Source: Antedon mediterranea (lineage: Eukaryota > Animalia > Echinodermata). Taken from it: a stretch of DNA of 64,000 nt. This document shows, piece by piece, positions 25,850 to 39,220 of this stretch. Where the stretch lies: NCBI RefSeq assembly GCF_964355755.1, contig NC_092672.1, positions 33,610,437-33,674,436 on the forward strand, read 5' to 3'. Both the position numbers and the translations under genes were made by a program. The stretch's first letter is position 1, and each line of letters begins with the position of its first letter. Below the pieces are notes generated by a model, which saw only the letters and a list, made by a program, of their open reading frames with translations, ran no database searches and had not been told where the DNA came from.

Positions 25850-27046
25850 TACGCGTAGGCCTTCTGTCTGTACGCGTAGGCCATCTGTCTGTACGCGTAA
25901 GCCATCTGTCTGTACGCGTAGGCCATCTGTCTGTACGCGTAGGCCATCTGTCTGAACGCGTAGGCCATCTGTAGGTACGCGTAGGCCACCTGTCTGTACG
26001 CGTATGCCATCCGTCTGTACGCGTAGGCCATCTGTCTGTACGCGTAGGCCATCTGTCTGTACGCGTAGGCCATCTGTCGGTACGCGTAGGCCATCTATCT
26101 GTACGCGTAGGCCATCTGTCTGTACGCGTAGGCCATCTGTCTGTACGCGTAGGACATCTGAACGCGCGTAAGCCATCTGTCTGTACGCGTAGGCCATCTG
26201 TCTGTACGCGTAGGCCATCTGTCTGTACGCGTATGCCATCTGTCTGTACGCGTATGCCATCTGTCTGTACGCGTATGCCATCTGTCTGTACGCGTATGCC
26301 ATCCGTCTGTACGCGTAGGACATCTGAACGCGCGTATGCCATCCGTCTGTACGCGTATGCCATCCGTCTGTACGCGTATGCCATCCGTCTGTACGCGTAT
26401 GCCATCCGTCTGTACGCGTATGCCATCCGTCTGTACGCGTATGCCATCCGTCTGTACGCGTATGCCATCCGTCTGTACGCGTATGCCATCCGTCTGTACG
26501 CGTATGCCATCCGTCTGTACGCGTATGCCATCCGTCTGTACGCGTATGCCATCCGTCTGTACGCGTAGGCCATCCGTCTGTACGCGTAGACCATCCGTCT
26601 GTACGCGTAGGCCATCCGTCTGTACGCGTAGGCCACATGTCTGTAGGCGTAGGCCACATGTCTGTAGGCGTAGGCCACATGTCTGTAGGCGTAGGCCACA
26701 TGTCTGTACGCGTAGGCCATTTGTCGTGTACGCGTAGGCCATTTGTCGTGTACGCGTAGGCCATTTGTCGTGTACGCGTAGGCCATCTGTCTGTACGCGT
26801 AGGCCATTTGTCTGTACGCGTAGGCCATCTGTCTGTACGCGTAGGCCATCTGTCTGTACGCGTAGGCCATCTGTCTGTACGCGTAGGCCATCTGTCTGTA
26901 CGCGTATTCCATCTGTCTGTACGCGTATTCCATCCGTCTGTACTCGTATTCCATCCGTCTGTACTCGTAGGCCATCTGTCTGTACGCGTAGGCCATCTAT
27001 CTGTACGCGTAGGCCATCTATCTGTACGCACAGGCCATCTGTACGT
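25850..27046. repeat. GC-rich minisatellite, 21-bp unit (tacgcgtaggccatctgtctg), about 57 copies
   Basis: Direct reading. It explains the 7-aa periodic ORFs in many frames. Confidence 0.97.
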
Positions 27047-27832
27047 GAGGACTATAACTAGGTTTAGGTTAGAAGTGATTTTTAAAAGTATAGATTTCCG
27101 GCTTGAAGCTATCATTAAAATTGTGACCTTTATGAGTCCGTATTACTGTAATGAAAGAAAGTTAGAATACAACATGAACGTCTGACCTTAGTAATAAAAA
27201 ACGATTATTAATAACGTATTTGAAATGTTTTTAAGTACGTTGTAAAATATAAATTTTTATAAAATAATGACGAACCACATAAATCATAGCATAAGTATTA
27301 AACCACTCATTCATTATATTTTTATTATTTTTATTTAGATTCGATTAATAAGCTATTTTAAATGTAACCTTGGAAGCAATGTTTACGAGGCACTACTGTG
27401 CGTGGAAACGTGTGATAGAGTATTTTGCATTAATAAAAAGCTTCGAACTATTGCCTTCGTCTTAACTAAAAAAACATACCGCTAGAAAAACATCGCAATG
27501 ATCGTAAGTCATAATATCGGACAACTTGATAGATAACATGTAGCGATTATCTATCATTCACACATGACAGAAAATTACACTAAAGTTTTATTTGCGGTAC
27601 ACAGTGTGATTTAAAACGGATATAAAATTGAGAACATCTCTTCGATGTACATTTAAACTGTCTTCTTCTTCTCGAGTAGTTAGGCTTAATCCAGAAGATG
27701 GTCAAAAGTACAACAACCGAACTCCGTGAAAATTGCTTGATGAAAAGCAAACACAAAACAGGTCAGGTATTCATTAATCTAAATACAACCGCTCAACTTT
27801 CGGGCAAACTTTTGGTGATTCCGGAAAAAAAT

Positions 27833-28158
27833 GGAATTTTCTATGGGATAGTTTTGCAGCCTCAAAGTGTAGCTCCGTGTATAAAGTTAATATTATTAAT
27901 ATAATAATTATTATTACCTTGACAACAACATTTTTTCCGTCACCGGTAAAGGAGAAACAGTGTCATGATATGAGCCCCCACTTTTTAAAATACGGAATTT
28001 TCTATGACATATTTTTTGGAGTCTTAAAGGGTAGCTCCGGCTATAAAGTTAATATTAGCTATTAATATAATATTATTATTATTATTATTATTACCTTAAC
28101 AACACAATTATTTTCCATCACCGGTAAAGGCGTAGGAATGTCATGAGATGAGCTTCCC
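27833..28158. repeat. Diverged ~160-bp tandem duplication
   Basis: ggaattttctatg...tagctccg...tcaccggtaaagg...tgtcatga occurs twice. Confidence 0.75.
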
Positions 28159-29012
28159 TTTCCCTTTTTTCTAATATGGTGCTTCTTGGTTTTTACATAA
28201 ATGCTATGAGACAGGAAATTAGTACTTACAGGCACTAACCTGGTAATTATTTCTTTTAATTACAGTAGCCTATATACGGTACTCTTAACGGTAAGAACAT
28301 TCTGAAATATGTTGGTGAAAACATCTTATAAATAATATAATAAACAAACCTGTAGCTAGTTAATTTTAATCGCAGTGGTATAATGTAATGGACATCTTTT
28401 TGATGTTTTCTGGCAAATTTTTCAGCAACTATCAGTTGGTCTCCCTTTCTACTATAACAATGCTAGAGAGGATTGTTAATTGTTGGGTTACTAAGCTGAT
28501 CATGCTTACTTTAATAGGCCACTCCAATTTATTTGCGTTGGTTCATGTGTAGCTAGGCCTAATTGTAATAAACCTTGTACGCCCCTTTACTTTGCAAAAA
28601 CATTTCTAAGAAGATCGTATATATAGGCTTGATTGCATCAAAATTGTAATATCTTTTTTTCTTGTTCACGAATGACTGATCTTTCACGCATGACTGATGT
28701 TTTATTTTATGTTTCTATTTTTTGTAAACTATAGTTAGTAGGCCTACTGTACTTAACTACGTAAACAAAATTCATCATTCAAACATCAGAAACATCAGAA
28801 GGGGATCATCTTTCCACTGGTCCTGGATCTGGATGAATACTGACGAAGGACCACATGGGTATATGTGCCAGGGGTGCGTCTCTCGGTGTACAAACATCAT
28901 ACTTAACTGAATTTGTTTTATAATTTTTTTTTTATTAATTTCACAACTTCACAAAACTGACCAAACAATGACGAAAAAACAAACAAACCAACATCCATAC
29001 ATTAATATACAT

Positions 29013-29072
29013 AAATCCTGGATCTGGATGAATAAATCCTGGATCTGGATGATAAATCCTGGATCTGGATGA
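29013..29072. repeat. Three ~21-bp tandem units (aaatcctggatctggatga)
   Basis: Direct reading. A single copy also lies at about 28823. Confidence 0.85.
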
Positions 29073-30035
29073 TGATCTAATGCTTGGTTATAGAGACGCA
29101 CCACTTTTTGATTTGACCAATCACATGCGATGATTACTCAACCTGTCGTTTGCCATTGGTCAACTTACTTGCGTATACACATCCGTGCGTTGTGTCTCTA
29201 GTGCGAGACCAAGCTGTTGTAAACTCTAAATATGCTATGGGACGTAATAGTCCGTGTTACTTATAACGCAATATAATTGTAGCAGAGACATGTGATAGGT
29301 CTATAGCTAATTGTGATTTACCAACTGAGTGTTCCTACGGCGGTATATCGACGCGTAACCTTGGCATTAGGACATACTTTCAAGTTAGAAGAGCTATTTC
29401 AATTGTGTGATGAAAATGATATATTTTTCCAAAACCATCAATTTTCCGTCACTAATTAAGAATATCTAAATTGAGAACGTACGGTGGTATTGAAGATGAA
29501 AAAATGTGTTTTTGTAAGAGAATAATAAAGAAAAATCGATTGTTAATTTCCACGCGGCTTTCTGTTATATAGTTTACGGATTACAAATCGTTACTTTCAA
29601 GGTTAATGTATAATAAAGCTATAATATCGAATTCATTTAACTTAAAATATGATTATCAACTGCAGGTTGAACTGGAATGTAATTTAAATATGAACTTTTT
29701 AAAGTAATACTAGGCCTATTGATTATGTTCACCAAAGCGTGTCAATGACGCGCAAAGCGACCACGCGTGCATATGTCGGGTGGTTTAAACACGGGCGTAA
29801 TAACATAAACACGTGTGGTGACAACGTTTTCATGAATAATTTTTTCGCCTGAAATTTTCCTTGAAAAATACATATACTGTAAATGTCAGTACACGAATTG
29901 AGCATGCGTTCCCATTCCATAATATTATTTTATTTCTGGATTTTGCGATTAGAAAAAAAATGCCGCGTAAACCAATCAGCACGCAGAAAAATAAACAAAG
30001 CAACATGTGTCTATTACTTGTGTCATACTGCACAC

Positions 30036-30538
30036 TAGTCTGGGTTAAGTTCTAGACGGAGTTTTTTTTTTTGACGGAGAGAACATGATAAATATTTAAT
30101 ACAATACAATAATTACATTGATAATAAAGATACGTAGATACATATAGTTTATGGGTTAAGATACACAGAAGCCAAAGTGGCTTGTCTTTGTAGTCCTAAG
30201 CATAAACATAAAACATATACGGACGAATTACATTAACAAAAAATGACATTTTGAGACAGAAAAAGAAAAAAAAACAAATTGAGATAAGCAAAATATTTAC
30301 AACCCCAATTTTGAAGTAGCAATAGTAGCTAGCAATATGTTTCAAATATCATCTTTTTAATATTGTACTTTAGCATAGGGAGTGAGGTCATGTGACTTAA
30401 TATTAATAAAAAGATAAATATGTTGGCACATATGGCGTTTCATACGTATACTATTTGAGCTTGTATTTACAGACAAAAAATCAAAACGTCGTGTAATAGC
30501 ATTAAAAATAAAATAAATACAGACTTTGGGCAAGTCTA
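30036..30538. mobile_element. Hairpin-ended dispersed repeat (family G), interrupted by a ~320-bp insertion
   Basis: tagtctggg..ctagacggag end at 30036. Body and agactttgggcaagtcta end at 30390-30538. Confidence 0.6.
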
Positions 30539-30835
30539 ACTGAGCGCATTCACACATGAATGACTGTAAAGTCTGTATCCACGGGGGGAGGAGGGTGCTG
30601 AGTGGTGAAGAATAGTGGGAGTAAATTGTAATGCGGTATCAGCGTGACCGAAATGTGTACTGTGAAGGTTTTAAACTACATACTGGGGAATGGAGTGCGG
30701 AAGAGGTTCTCACTAGTGCTGGTACGCGGTATATCTTCTAGTAGAAAAATGATAAAGTCACGTTTCTTTATCTAATTTTAAACAAAAAAACAATAAAACT
30801 TGATGGACATACTGTAAACCGAAACATTGACATTC

Positions 30836-30937
30836 AGAGATTGACCTGACGAATAGCCGAGCGGTCTTAGAGATTGACCTGACGAATAGCCGAGCGGTCT
30901 TAGAGATTGACCTGACGAATAGCCGAGCGGTCTTAGA
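30836..30937. repeat. Perfect 33-bp tandem repeat, 3 copies
   Basis: agagattgacctgacgaatagccgagcggtctt repeated three times. Confidence 0.95.
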
Positions 30938-33281
30938 CATGTTGCTTATCACTTTTACTTGGCTAAACCCGTGGCTCTTATAAAAGCTAATATCATTTGA
31001 GATTCTCTAGGGTACTATCATGTCTGTTGTTAATGTTTAGGCACGTGTTCTCGTGTGTTAACACTACTTATAGGGTAAAATAAACACACATTCAGCCGGC
31101 GACAAAGTATGTTTTTTGGGTCATAAACCGAACTATTACCTTATTCTTTTTTATTTTTAATTCAATTTCTGTTCATAATCCCACAAGTTTGTTAGGTTTC
31201 TTTGTAAACTTGTTGATGTTGTTAATTGTCTTGAACCTCTTACGTTTATAAGAAATGTGTCTGATTTACTGTTTCTTTACAAGAGTGTAGGCCTAAATTG
31301 TTTGTTGTTGTGATCGACTGCTGTGTTCTCTTTTCAGTTTACATTCGCCTTCTCGCGAGACTTAAGTCCACTTTTTATGTTCCTTTTAATAGTAAAAGTT
31401 TCAAAAAGTGGGTTTCAGTGCTTGCCTTTTTAAGGTGAATCCAATGTAAATGTAAATGTTTTTTTTCATTTATTCTTTATTTACAACTCCTTGTACTTTT
31501 TTAAAATAATTGTGCTCAATAGGCTAATTTCTACTATTTAACATAATTATATTTATTTAAAAGTTTGCTTTATCCTATGGCTTTTGCTGTCAGCGGATCT
31601 GGAACGCGCACCTGTCGATTTGAGAGGAGCAAATTCGACACCTCTATTTAAACGTCATCTTAAAACTTGTCTTTTTAATTAATTACTAAGTATTTTTGGC
31701 GCTTTGTTCTTTGTAGGGCGCCATATAAAAACCTGTCCATGTATAGAATAGAATAGAATCTGTTTTCTGTTTCATACCTTCAATATAAGTAACATCTTTT
31801 GTTGCTATTGGTCTTGATGAAATAAAATTAAATTAAATTAAAATAAACAGTATCCTTATACTCGTTCATTATAAATTACGTTTTCTTTACATGGGTTACA
31901 TTTTAATAAGCTTGTATATACGTATGACGTACATTCACACTTTTAGGAACAATAAACATTAATTCCCTAGACATCCGGCGACCGGGAGTTGATCTTCAAA
32001 AACAAGTGCCAACGATGCAAAATGTATAATACATTATTAATGCATTATGGATGTATAGTACTCTGATACGGTCTTATTAATTGTGTCAACTGTCACTTTT
32101 GATAAATAATACATGCTATACAGCTTTAGTGTATTAGACACCCGTGTCACATAAGTGCTACGAACTATAAATTAATGCACACTTATTTGCTAACAAATAA
32201 TAAAAATGTAAATTTGATGTAAATTGTGGAATTCAAATGATGGAAATCACTTACACATTCCATTGTATCCTTTGCCACTAAAAAATTAATGTCGGGGGAA
32301 AAGGTGGGCCTATAAAAACTATTATAAACAGAAGATGGAATAAGAACTCGGTTCCAGTTATCTTATGTAATCTTTTTTTTCTTTTGTGGCGTTAACCACT
32401 ATTTATTCATTTCATCATCAACAGATTAATACAATTATTGAATACTTCTGTGATATTAACAGTAATAACTATATCATTGTTATTCTTACTTTTGTTTTTT
32501 TTATATATATATTTACATTATGTGATTTTATCAATGTTTTTGTTCTTAGAGAATCTGTACATTAATATTTCTTTTCTGTTATATTCACTTTTTTCTTAAT
32601 TTTCTAATATTTTTTTTTGTTCTACAATTCTCTACATCTAAAATTGTAAACACTTAACTAATAAATGTACTGCAGAAGATACATTTAATAATGTAATTAT
32701 TTTCAGTATGTATTTTTTGAGATATACAATTCATTTTGTTACCCTATATACAGACTGTATACATTATTTTAAAATGTATCTTATGGAATCTAAACGATCT
32801 ATATTTGGTAATTTTCTGTATTTTAATTCTTTAATATTCTCTTAAAATAGAAAAATCTGTAGGAGGCTAAAAAAATGCATTTCTGATTTTTTTTAGTCAT
32901 TTTGTATACAAATTGTACCTCAGATAGAACAAATGTAATTCCATTCGTGACAAATTATTTTTATCACCCTCTCGATGCTAAGTTTAACCGGATTAGAATC
33001 TTTCAAATGTGATTTGATCTTTGTTGAATAAAAGAGAATCAATATTATGTAGGCGAGTGCAATTTCCTGCCACTTTGACAATCTTGGCCTTATTTTGCAG
33101 CCCGATATAATCATCGATCAAAAACGTATAACTATTTTAAAAAGAAAAACAATGCAGCTACTATTATCATTATTTTAAAATATAAAACAAGTTTTATTTT
33201 ATGTTTTTGTGTTATGCCATAGTGCCAGAGTAAAAAAAAATGAACTACCCCATGCAAAAGCTTCAGTTGAAGATATCCAAA

Positions 33282-33462
33282 TAGACTTGCCCCAAGTCTG
33301 TACTTATTTCGCAGCTTTTTGATGTTTGTCTGAACATGGAACTATTTCCCGTGGTCTGAAATACAAGTTTACAAGTTCATAATTATACGTATAAACGCCA
33401 TATGTGCCAAAATATTTATCTTTTTACTAATACTAAGTCAAAATTTCGTTTGGATCCAGACT
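33282..33462. mobile_element. Family G dispersed repeat, near full-length (~160-180 bp), unclassified
   Basis: Core tatacgtatgaaacgccatatgtgccaaaatatttatc also at about 33870-34033, 37167-37324, 40353-40497, 42810-42900, 44004-44165, 54790-54882 and 60465-60525. Terminal hairpins. Confidence 0.75.
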
Positions 33463-36006
33463 TGTATCCAAACTGTTTTATTCCGAAAAACGTACTACGG
33501 TGGGATACTGTTTGCGCGACAAAATGAAAGGATTTCGATATCGCACTTTCAATTTAGTTGAACACAGCTAAATTCAAACGATATATTTCGTGTCATATTC
33601 ATCAGAGAAATTTTAAGTACAACATATTTGACTTGACTACAATCGAGCAATCGATTACAATTCTGATTGAAATAATCACACTATCTATGATAATAGATTG
33701 CAATCTCAACATTTTAATCATGAATAATACCATGACAAATCCTAAATAATCTTCAGGAAAAAATTGGCAGTGTGAAATTTTTTGTTGATTCCAATGTTGA
33801 ACTTATGAAATTTGAACAATTTATGAATAATATTAATGAGTCGATAAATAATTAGTATTTTTCCCACATGTTAGACTTACCCTAAAGTCTGTTATTTCGA
33901 GGCTTTTCGTTTGTCTGACCATGGAGAAACATGAAAAAATGTATCCATGTCTGACATACAAGCTCAAGTATTACACGTATGAAACGCCATATGTGCCAAA
34001 ATATTTAGCTTTCAATTAAAAACTCCGTCTGGAATTTGTTGTTGATGTATTAGTACATGAGTTGTGTAGTGATGTTTTTGTTGGTTTTACGCACTATTAA
34101 ACACAGTAAATGTTACCCGAAATTTGACCGTTAACAAATCCCAGGCGATGAAACATGGAATCTGGGGCGCACGCTCCTCACTTTTTAATATATATTATGA
34201 CTACTACTACTACCACCATGTTAGCGTTGATTCATTAAAAAATTCTTTATTTTTCTCATTTCATTATTTACGAGATATACGTCATGGAGCTAATATATAG
34301 CTCTATGCTTATAATTTATTTTTACTTTATTTTTACTTGTTTGTTCATCTATTATCTTCTGTAAAATATATGACGTAATACATGCCAAATACATTATCAT
34401 CTGAAACACTCCATTATCTCTTTTGATGCTTCTTCAATTACTCACCACTCAATGTAAGATGCCGCCCCAGAATATAGTGTTAGTACGCCCTTTGCAATTA
34501 GTGCAATACCTGTGATGTAAGACCGATCACGTAAAATAGATTTGGATAATGTTAGCCATTATCGTACGCCCGCCTGTTTACAAATACCCAACATCATGTT
34601 TCATTTCCGTGAGAACTTTCATGTTCACTTAAAGGCAGACAGCAATTTATGAGGCGCACTTTAGCAATTTACGTGCAGTCGGATATGAGTTTGCATTACA
34701 ACCTACTTTGGACACTCAACATCCAGGATGACGCCATTGGATGACTCTTTGGATTTTAGACGACCATAGAATGTGTTCGAAGCGAGGCAAGGTTGCAACT
34801 TTAAAATACGTACGGTATCTTGCTTTTGTATCAATAAACGTGCGGTAGCACCATGAACCTACTTAATTTAATATAGTAATTATACGAGCTTACGTCATGG
34901 TTCCGCTGACTTTTAACGAAAATGTGGGGTTGTCCTCTTCTCCGTCATCTGACATTGTTGCAACTTGCTACCAAGTTTTCCACTGATTCTTTCTCATGAC
35001 TACCAACCATTTGTCACCTTGCAAACCATTCATCCTTAATATGTAAATGTCAAATTTATTCATTCTGGTCCGCGCAAGCTTAACTGGAAACTGAAGAAAT
35101 TCGGATTAGGCCCTTCTCACGGACCCACGGTCGCCTACAAGATCAACACAGAGAGACAGAGACAAAAAACACACAGCCGTCCATGTTCGATTCAAACTAA
35201 TGAGCTTAATTTTGATCAGGTGTGTAATGTTGTAATAGGTAGCTGTATCACACGTCAATAGCCGTTCCTCCCTCCCCTGCGAAAGCATTTATTTTTAACT
35301 TCAGTGTGCATATATATTTACGTAATAAGGGCATCTATAATATAAGTACAATAAACAAAATATTACACTTAACGTAGCGACAGGAGGTCTGAGTAGTATA
35401 TTTCATATAGGATTAGAAATCTAATCTTGTGTTGAGCTTGATATTTCAAATCAAAGGCATTTGTAGGGATTTGTATCGATAACGTGATTTCTACATCAAT
35501 TTGAACTCTTCACTGCCAAGTTGGTGATCCGCGCAAAACAATACATGTACGTACAACAGTAACCGATTTCGTGCTTATCTATGATTTGTAATATAAGTGT
35601 ATCACCCGATATACACGAGCTGTGAATGTCTTCATTACAGTGACTTATTTTCAGCATGATACTGGTGAAGTTATGTGGTCACTTTGTGTCCTAATCGGAT
35701 AAGCAATTACAGGTCACTAAGTGAATATGTTTGGTATAAAAATAACAAGTTTCTGTGAAATAAAAAACTAAAATTGACCAATCAATTAAACGAATAAGTG
35801 ACCGTCGTCTGTTTGTGCTTTCTATTATTAGACGTCTTGATCAAAGAATTGGAGATCTAGTTACTGAATTAGTAGGCCTGCATGTTTATTCGTCCTTGCA
35901 GTAGGCCTATGGCACTACACTGAACGCTGATAAAGAATTGAATGTAGAAACATGTTTGGTGTTACTCCTATTTTGCTTTGGGACAATATTCATCATAATA
36001 ACCATT

Positions 36007-36705
36007 ATTCATTTGAAACGCACACGGGTGCAATATTCATTTAACTCACGTGCAATATTCATTTGACACGCGTGAATATTGATTTGACGCACGTGCAATA
36101 TTTACTTGACACGTGCAATATAAATTTGACACGCGTGCAATATTTACTTAACACACGTGTAATATTCATTTGACACGCATGTAATATTCATTTGACGCGC
36201 GTGAAATATTTACTTGACACACGTGCAATATACATTTTGCGCGCGTGCAATATTTATTTAACACACGTGCAATATTCATTTGACACGCGTGCAATATTCA
36301 TTTTTATATAACACCTATATAAATTCCTGTCATTTGATTGGACGAATGTGGGTCACATGGCGTGCAATAGTACGCACTATTCAACGATCGTTAAATAGTA
36401 CTTTTTGAAACATTTTTGTGTACGAAAAAAAAACGTCTAGATGTTATATAAAACAAATAATGAATGTTTTGTATTCGTGTAATGGTACAAATAATGGCAC
36501 TTGGTGAATGATGAAAGGTTATATCAACTCGGCTTTGCCTCGTTGATATAACCTTTCATCATTCACCTCGTGCCATTATTTGTACCATTGCACTCATAAA
36601 CATTCATTATTTGTATATTAACGCGTGCAATATCCTTTTCACACGCGTGCAATATACATTTGACACCCGTGCAATATACATTTCACACGCTCGTGCAATA
36701 TACAT
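36007..36705. repeat. ~22-bp minisatellite (aatattcatttgacacgcgtgc) interrupted at ~36303-36617 by an element with a long hairpin
   Basis: Units on both sides of the insert. Inverted repeat 36453-36614. Confidence 0.85.
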
Positions 36706-38889
36706 TAAAACAAATAATGTATACCATGCAAGTCGTAATTCACATGATGAAAACCATGAACCAATTAAATGCACACTTACTAAAAATTCAATTAAGCTTA
36801 TATGCTTTTTACATCAACTTAGCACATTTACCGAGATAATATTTATGATTTTCAATTATAATAGTAGACAACGGATACTAAACGTAAAAGGATTGCATTT
36901 CTCAGTGACGTCCTGACTGGAACAATTAATGTTAATCTTAATAATGACATTAACGCCAACGGATAGTTGAAAATACTTATACTAATCAACTTCAATTAAG
37001 ATAAAATTATGCTAACCCAGATTTACATTGGTTATAATTATCTATGTCTCGTAATACGTAATCACATGATAATCACAATCAAACATAATATTTTACTTCT
37101 CTTTGTCTGTAGTCCATTTCACTCTATAAAAAAAAGGGTAGGGAAGAAAGCTTTCAATAGCTATAATAGGCTTGCCCTAAATCGGTAGTTATTTCGAGGC
37201 TTTTCGATGTTTGTCTGAAATTCAAGTTTTTAAGCTTAAGTAGTATACGTATGAAACGCCATAGGTGCCAAACTATTTATCTTGTTACTAATATTAAGTC
37301 AAAACTCTGACTGGAACCCAGACTTTCGCAATATATACCGATGTAATCAATCTTTCTCTTCACTATCGTGCACTGCAATGAAAAAAGCAAGCGATTTAAC
37401 CATTGACAAGCGACAATTCGGATAGATACGGGTAACTTTGTTGCGGTTGCGTATTTTGTCTTGTTCGTGTATTCGTTACATCTATATTAATAATAATATA
37501 TTATAAATCTTATAAATAATATAATGCTGTATTTTTCATTGTTAAATAATTTAAATTCAGTTAATCTTATTTCCTACTAGCGACCCACCGCAAAGAAGGT
37601 AACGCAACGTAAGTGATTTGACCAATCATAATCGATGGATTGGTCAACTCGCTTCTTGCTTGCGAGATGTCGCGCTACAAAGGAAAACAAGTTTTTATCA
37701 TTATTATTTATTTTATTTAAATTGTTTAACAAAGTGGGAGAGAGGACGATTTTGTACCATTAACATTTTGTTTTGTTTTCTCCAATGATTATTAAGATAA
37801 TTAATATTCTGTATAGCCTACAGTTTCAACTAATAAATATAGTCATTTGCTGTCTTTATCTTTGGCCGACATTTTTACTTCGGGCAAATAGATAACTGTC
37901 ACGTCTTCGTGCATTTATCAACCTCTATATGATTATATTACGCCTTGAATTACATTTTGATATTTCTTTCAGATCTAAAGAACCGATATAATAATCTGTA
38001 TCAATCAAACAACATACGTCATTTGGAAAATGCAGCAATTTATGATTTTTAAAAGCGCTCGGAAGTATATCTTAGTATCTTTATTCAGTAAATCATGAAC
38101 AACAATTAAATATATAAATAATTCTGTATTGACCCTCAACGTACGTTACAGTATTGTCATAGAAAACAAATAACAAACGCACAGAACAAAAACCAAATAA
38201 AAATGTTTACACAAGAAAATTCAGAAAATAAAAGTATAAAATAAATAAAAATCGTGAACGTTTCGTGCAAAGAAACAATAAAACAAACAAACAAGCAATC
38301 AATTAAAAACAAAAACAAACAAAAAACAGTGTAAAGTATACATACTTGAAACATATGCCAAGTAATAAATAATGAAAAATACCGATGGCATAAAAGGTAA
38401 CATTTCACGAAATCATGTCATTGAGTGAAAACAAAAAAATGAATATTAATAATACACAAATCATCGACTTAGCACCAGCTAATTTACGGCTTAACCGATA
38501 TGAGAGAGATAGACCTACTAAGCGATTAATATAACCATAACACCAAGTGTATGCTACTAGAGTTCGTATTTTGTTAATGACCTATACTTCCAAACCAACT
38601 GTATGATGTAATAATGCGGGCTAGGATTAGAATACCATTACGATTCAAATTCGCCTCTAATGGTTTTGATGACATACAGAAAGTACTTTTATCAACTTTC
38701 ATAGAACGATGTATAATTGTTTTGGGTTAATAGGTCATTTATATTTATAACATCTAGTGTGCATTGACGATTCGATTTAATACTGGTAAAAATATAATGG
38801 TACACCTGGTGTGTCATACGATAATACTTCATCTTATTTTTATACGAAGTATAATCAAATAAATTTACTATAAAGGAAATTCGAATTAG

Positions 38890-39110
38890 GCCGTCTACGG
38901 ATCCCCGGCAGCCAACAGTACAGCGCCTACCAGAAGCACACCGGGGGACGATCCCCTACTCTTGTTGAATAGTGTACCAAATTATCGAACCAACGTGCAC
39001 ATTATTTTTGTACACGGAACATCGACAACGGCTTTACATTCCATCCGAAGAATACAATGTTGTGTGTTAAAGATAGGTTTGATCTCATGACTAGGCCTAT
39101 CACATGCTAG
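38890..39110 (-). mobile_element. Degenerate SINE (Nin-like core)
   Basis: Motifs cccctactctt..gaatagtgt and acggctttacattccatccgaag resemble conserved SINE cores. This is recognition only, not an alignment. Confidence 0.4.
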
Positions 39111-39141
39111 TCCAATATTATCATTACATCCTTCCCCTTTA

Positions 39142-39220
39142 TACAGCACCCAGACGGTCTGCCATCCAGAACGCAGCCGGGCCTAACGTTGCTTAACTTC
39201 GGTCGTGAAGAACCGGTGTT
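39142..39220 (-). pseudogene. 5S rRNA pseudogene or SINE3 head
   Basis: Reverse complement aacaccggttct..accgaagttaagcaacgttaggcccgg...tggatggcagaccgtctggg-tgctgta follows invertebrate 5S rRNA with deletions. Confidence 0.75.

Noticed and set aside
25850-27046. CRISPR-like array
   Set aside because: Head-to-tail repeats with no unique spacers, no cas genes, and a eukaryotic context.
25799-27185. Long ORFs (up to 438 aa) with 7-aa periodicity
   Set aside because: They arise in many frames from a 21-bp minisatellite, with no splice or domain support.
30836-30937. Tandem hammerhead cores (CTGACGA in each 33-bp unit)
   Set aside because: No stem II followed by GAAA. The same problem applies to CTGACGAaggacc at about 28840 and ttgatgaaggtcgaaa at about 43089.
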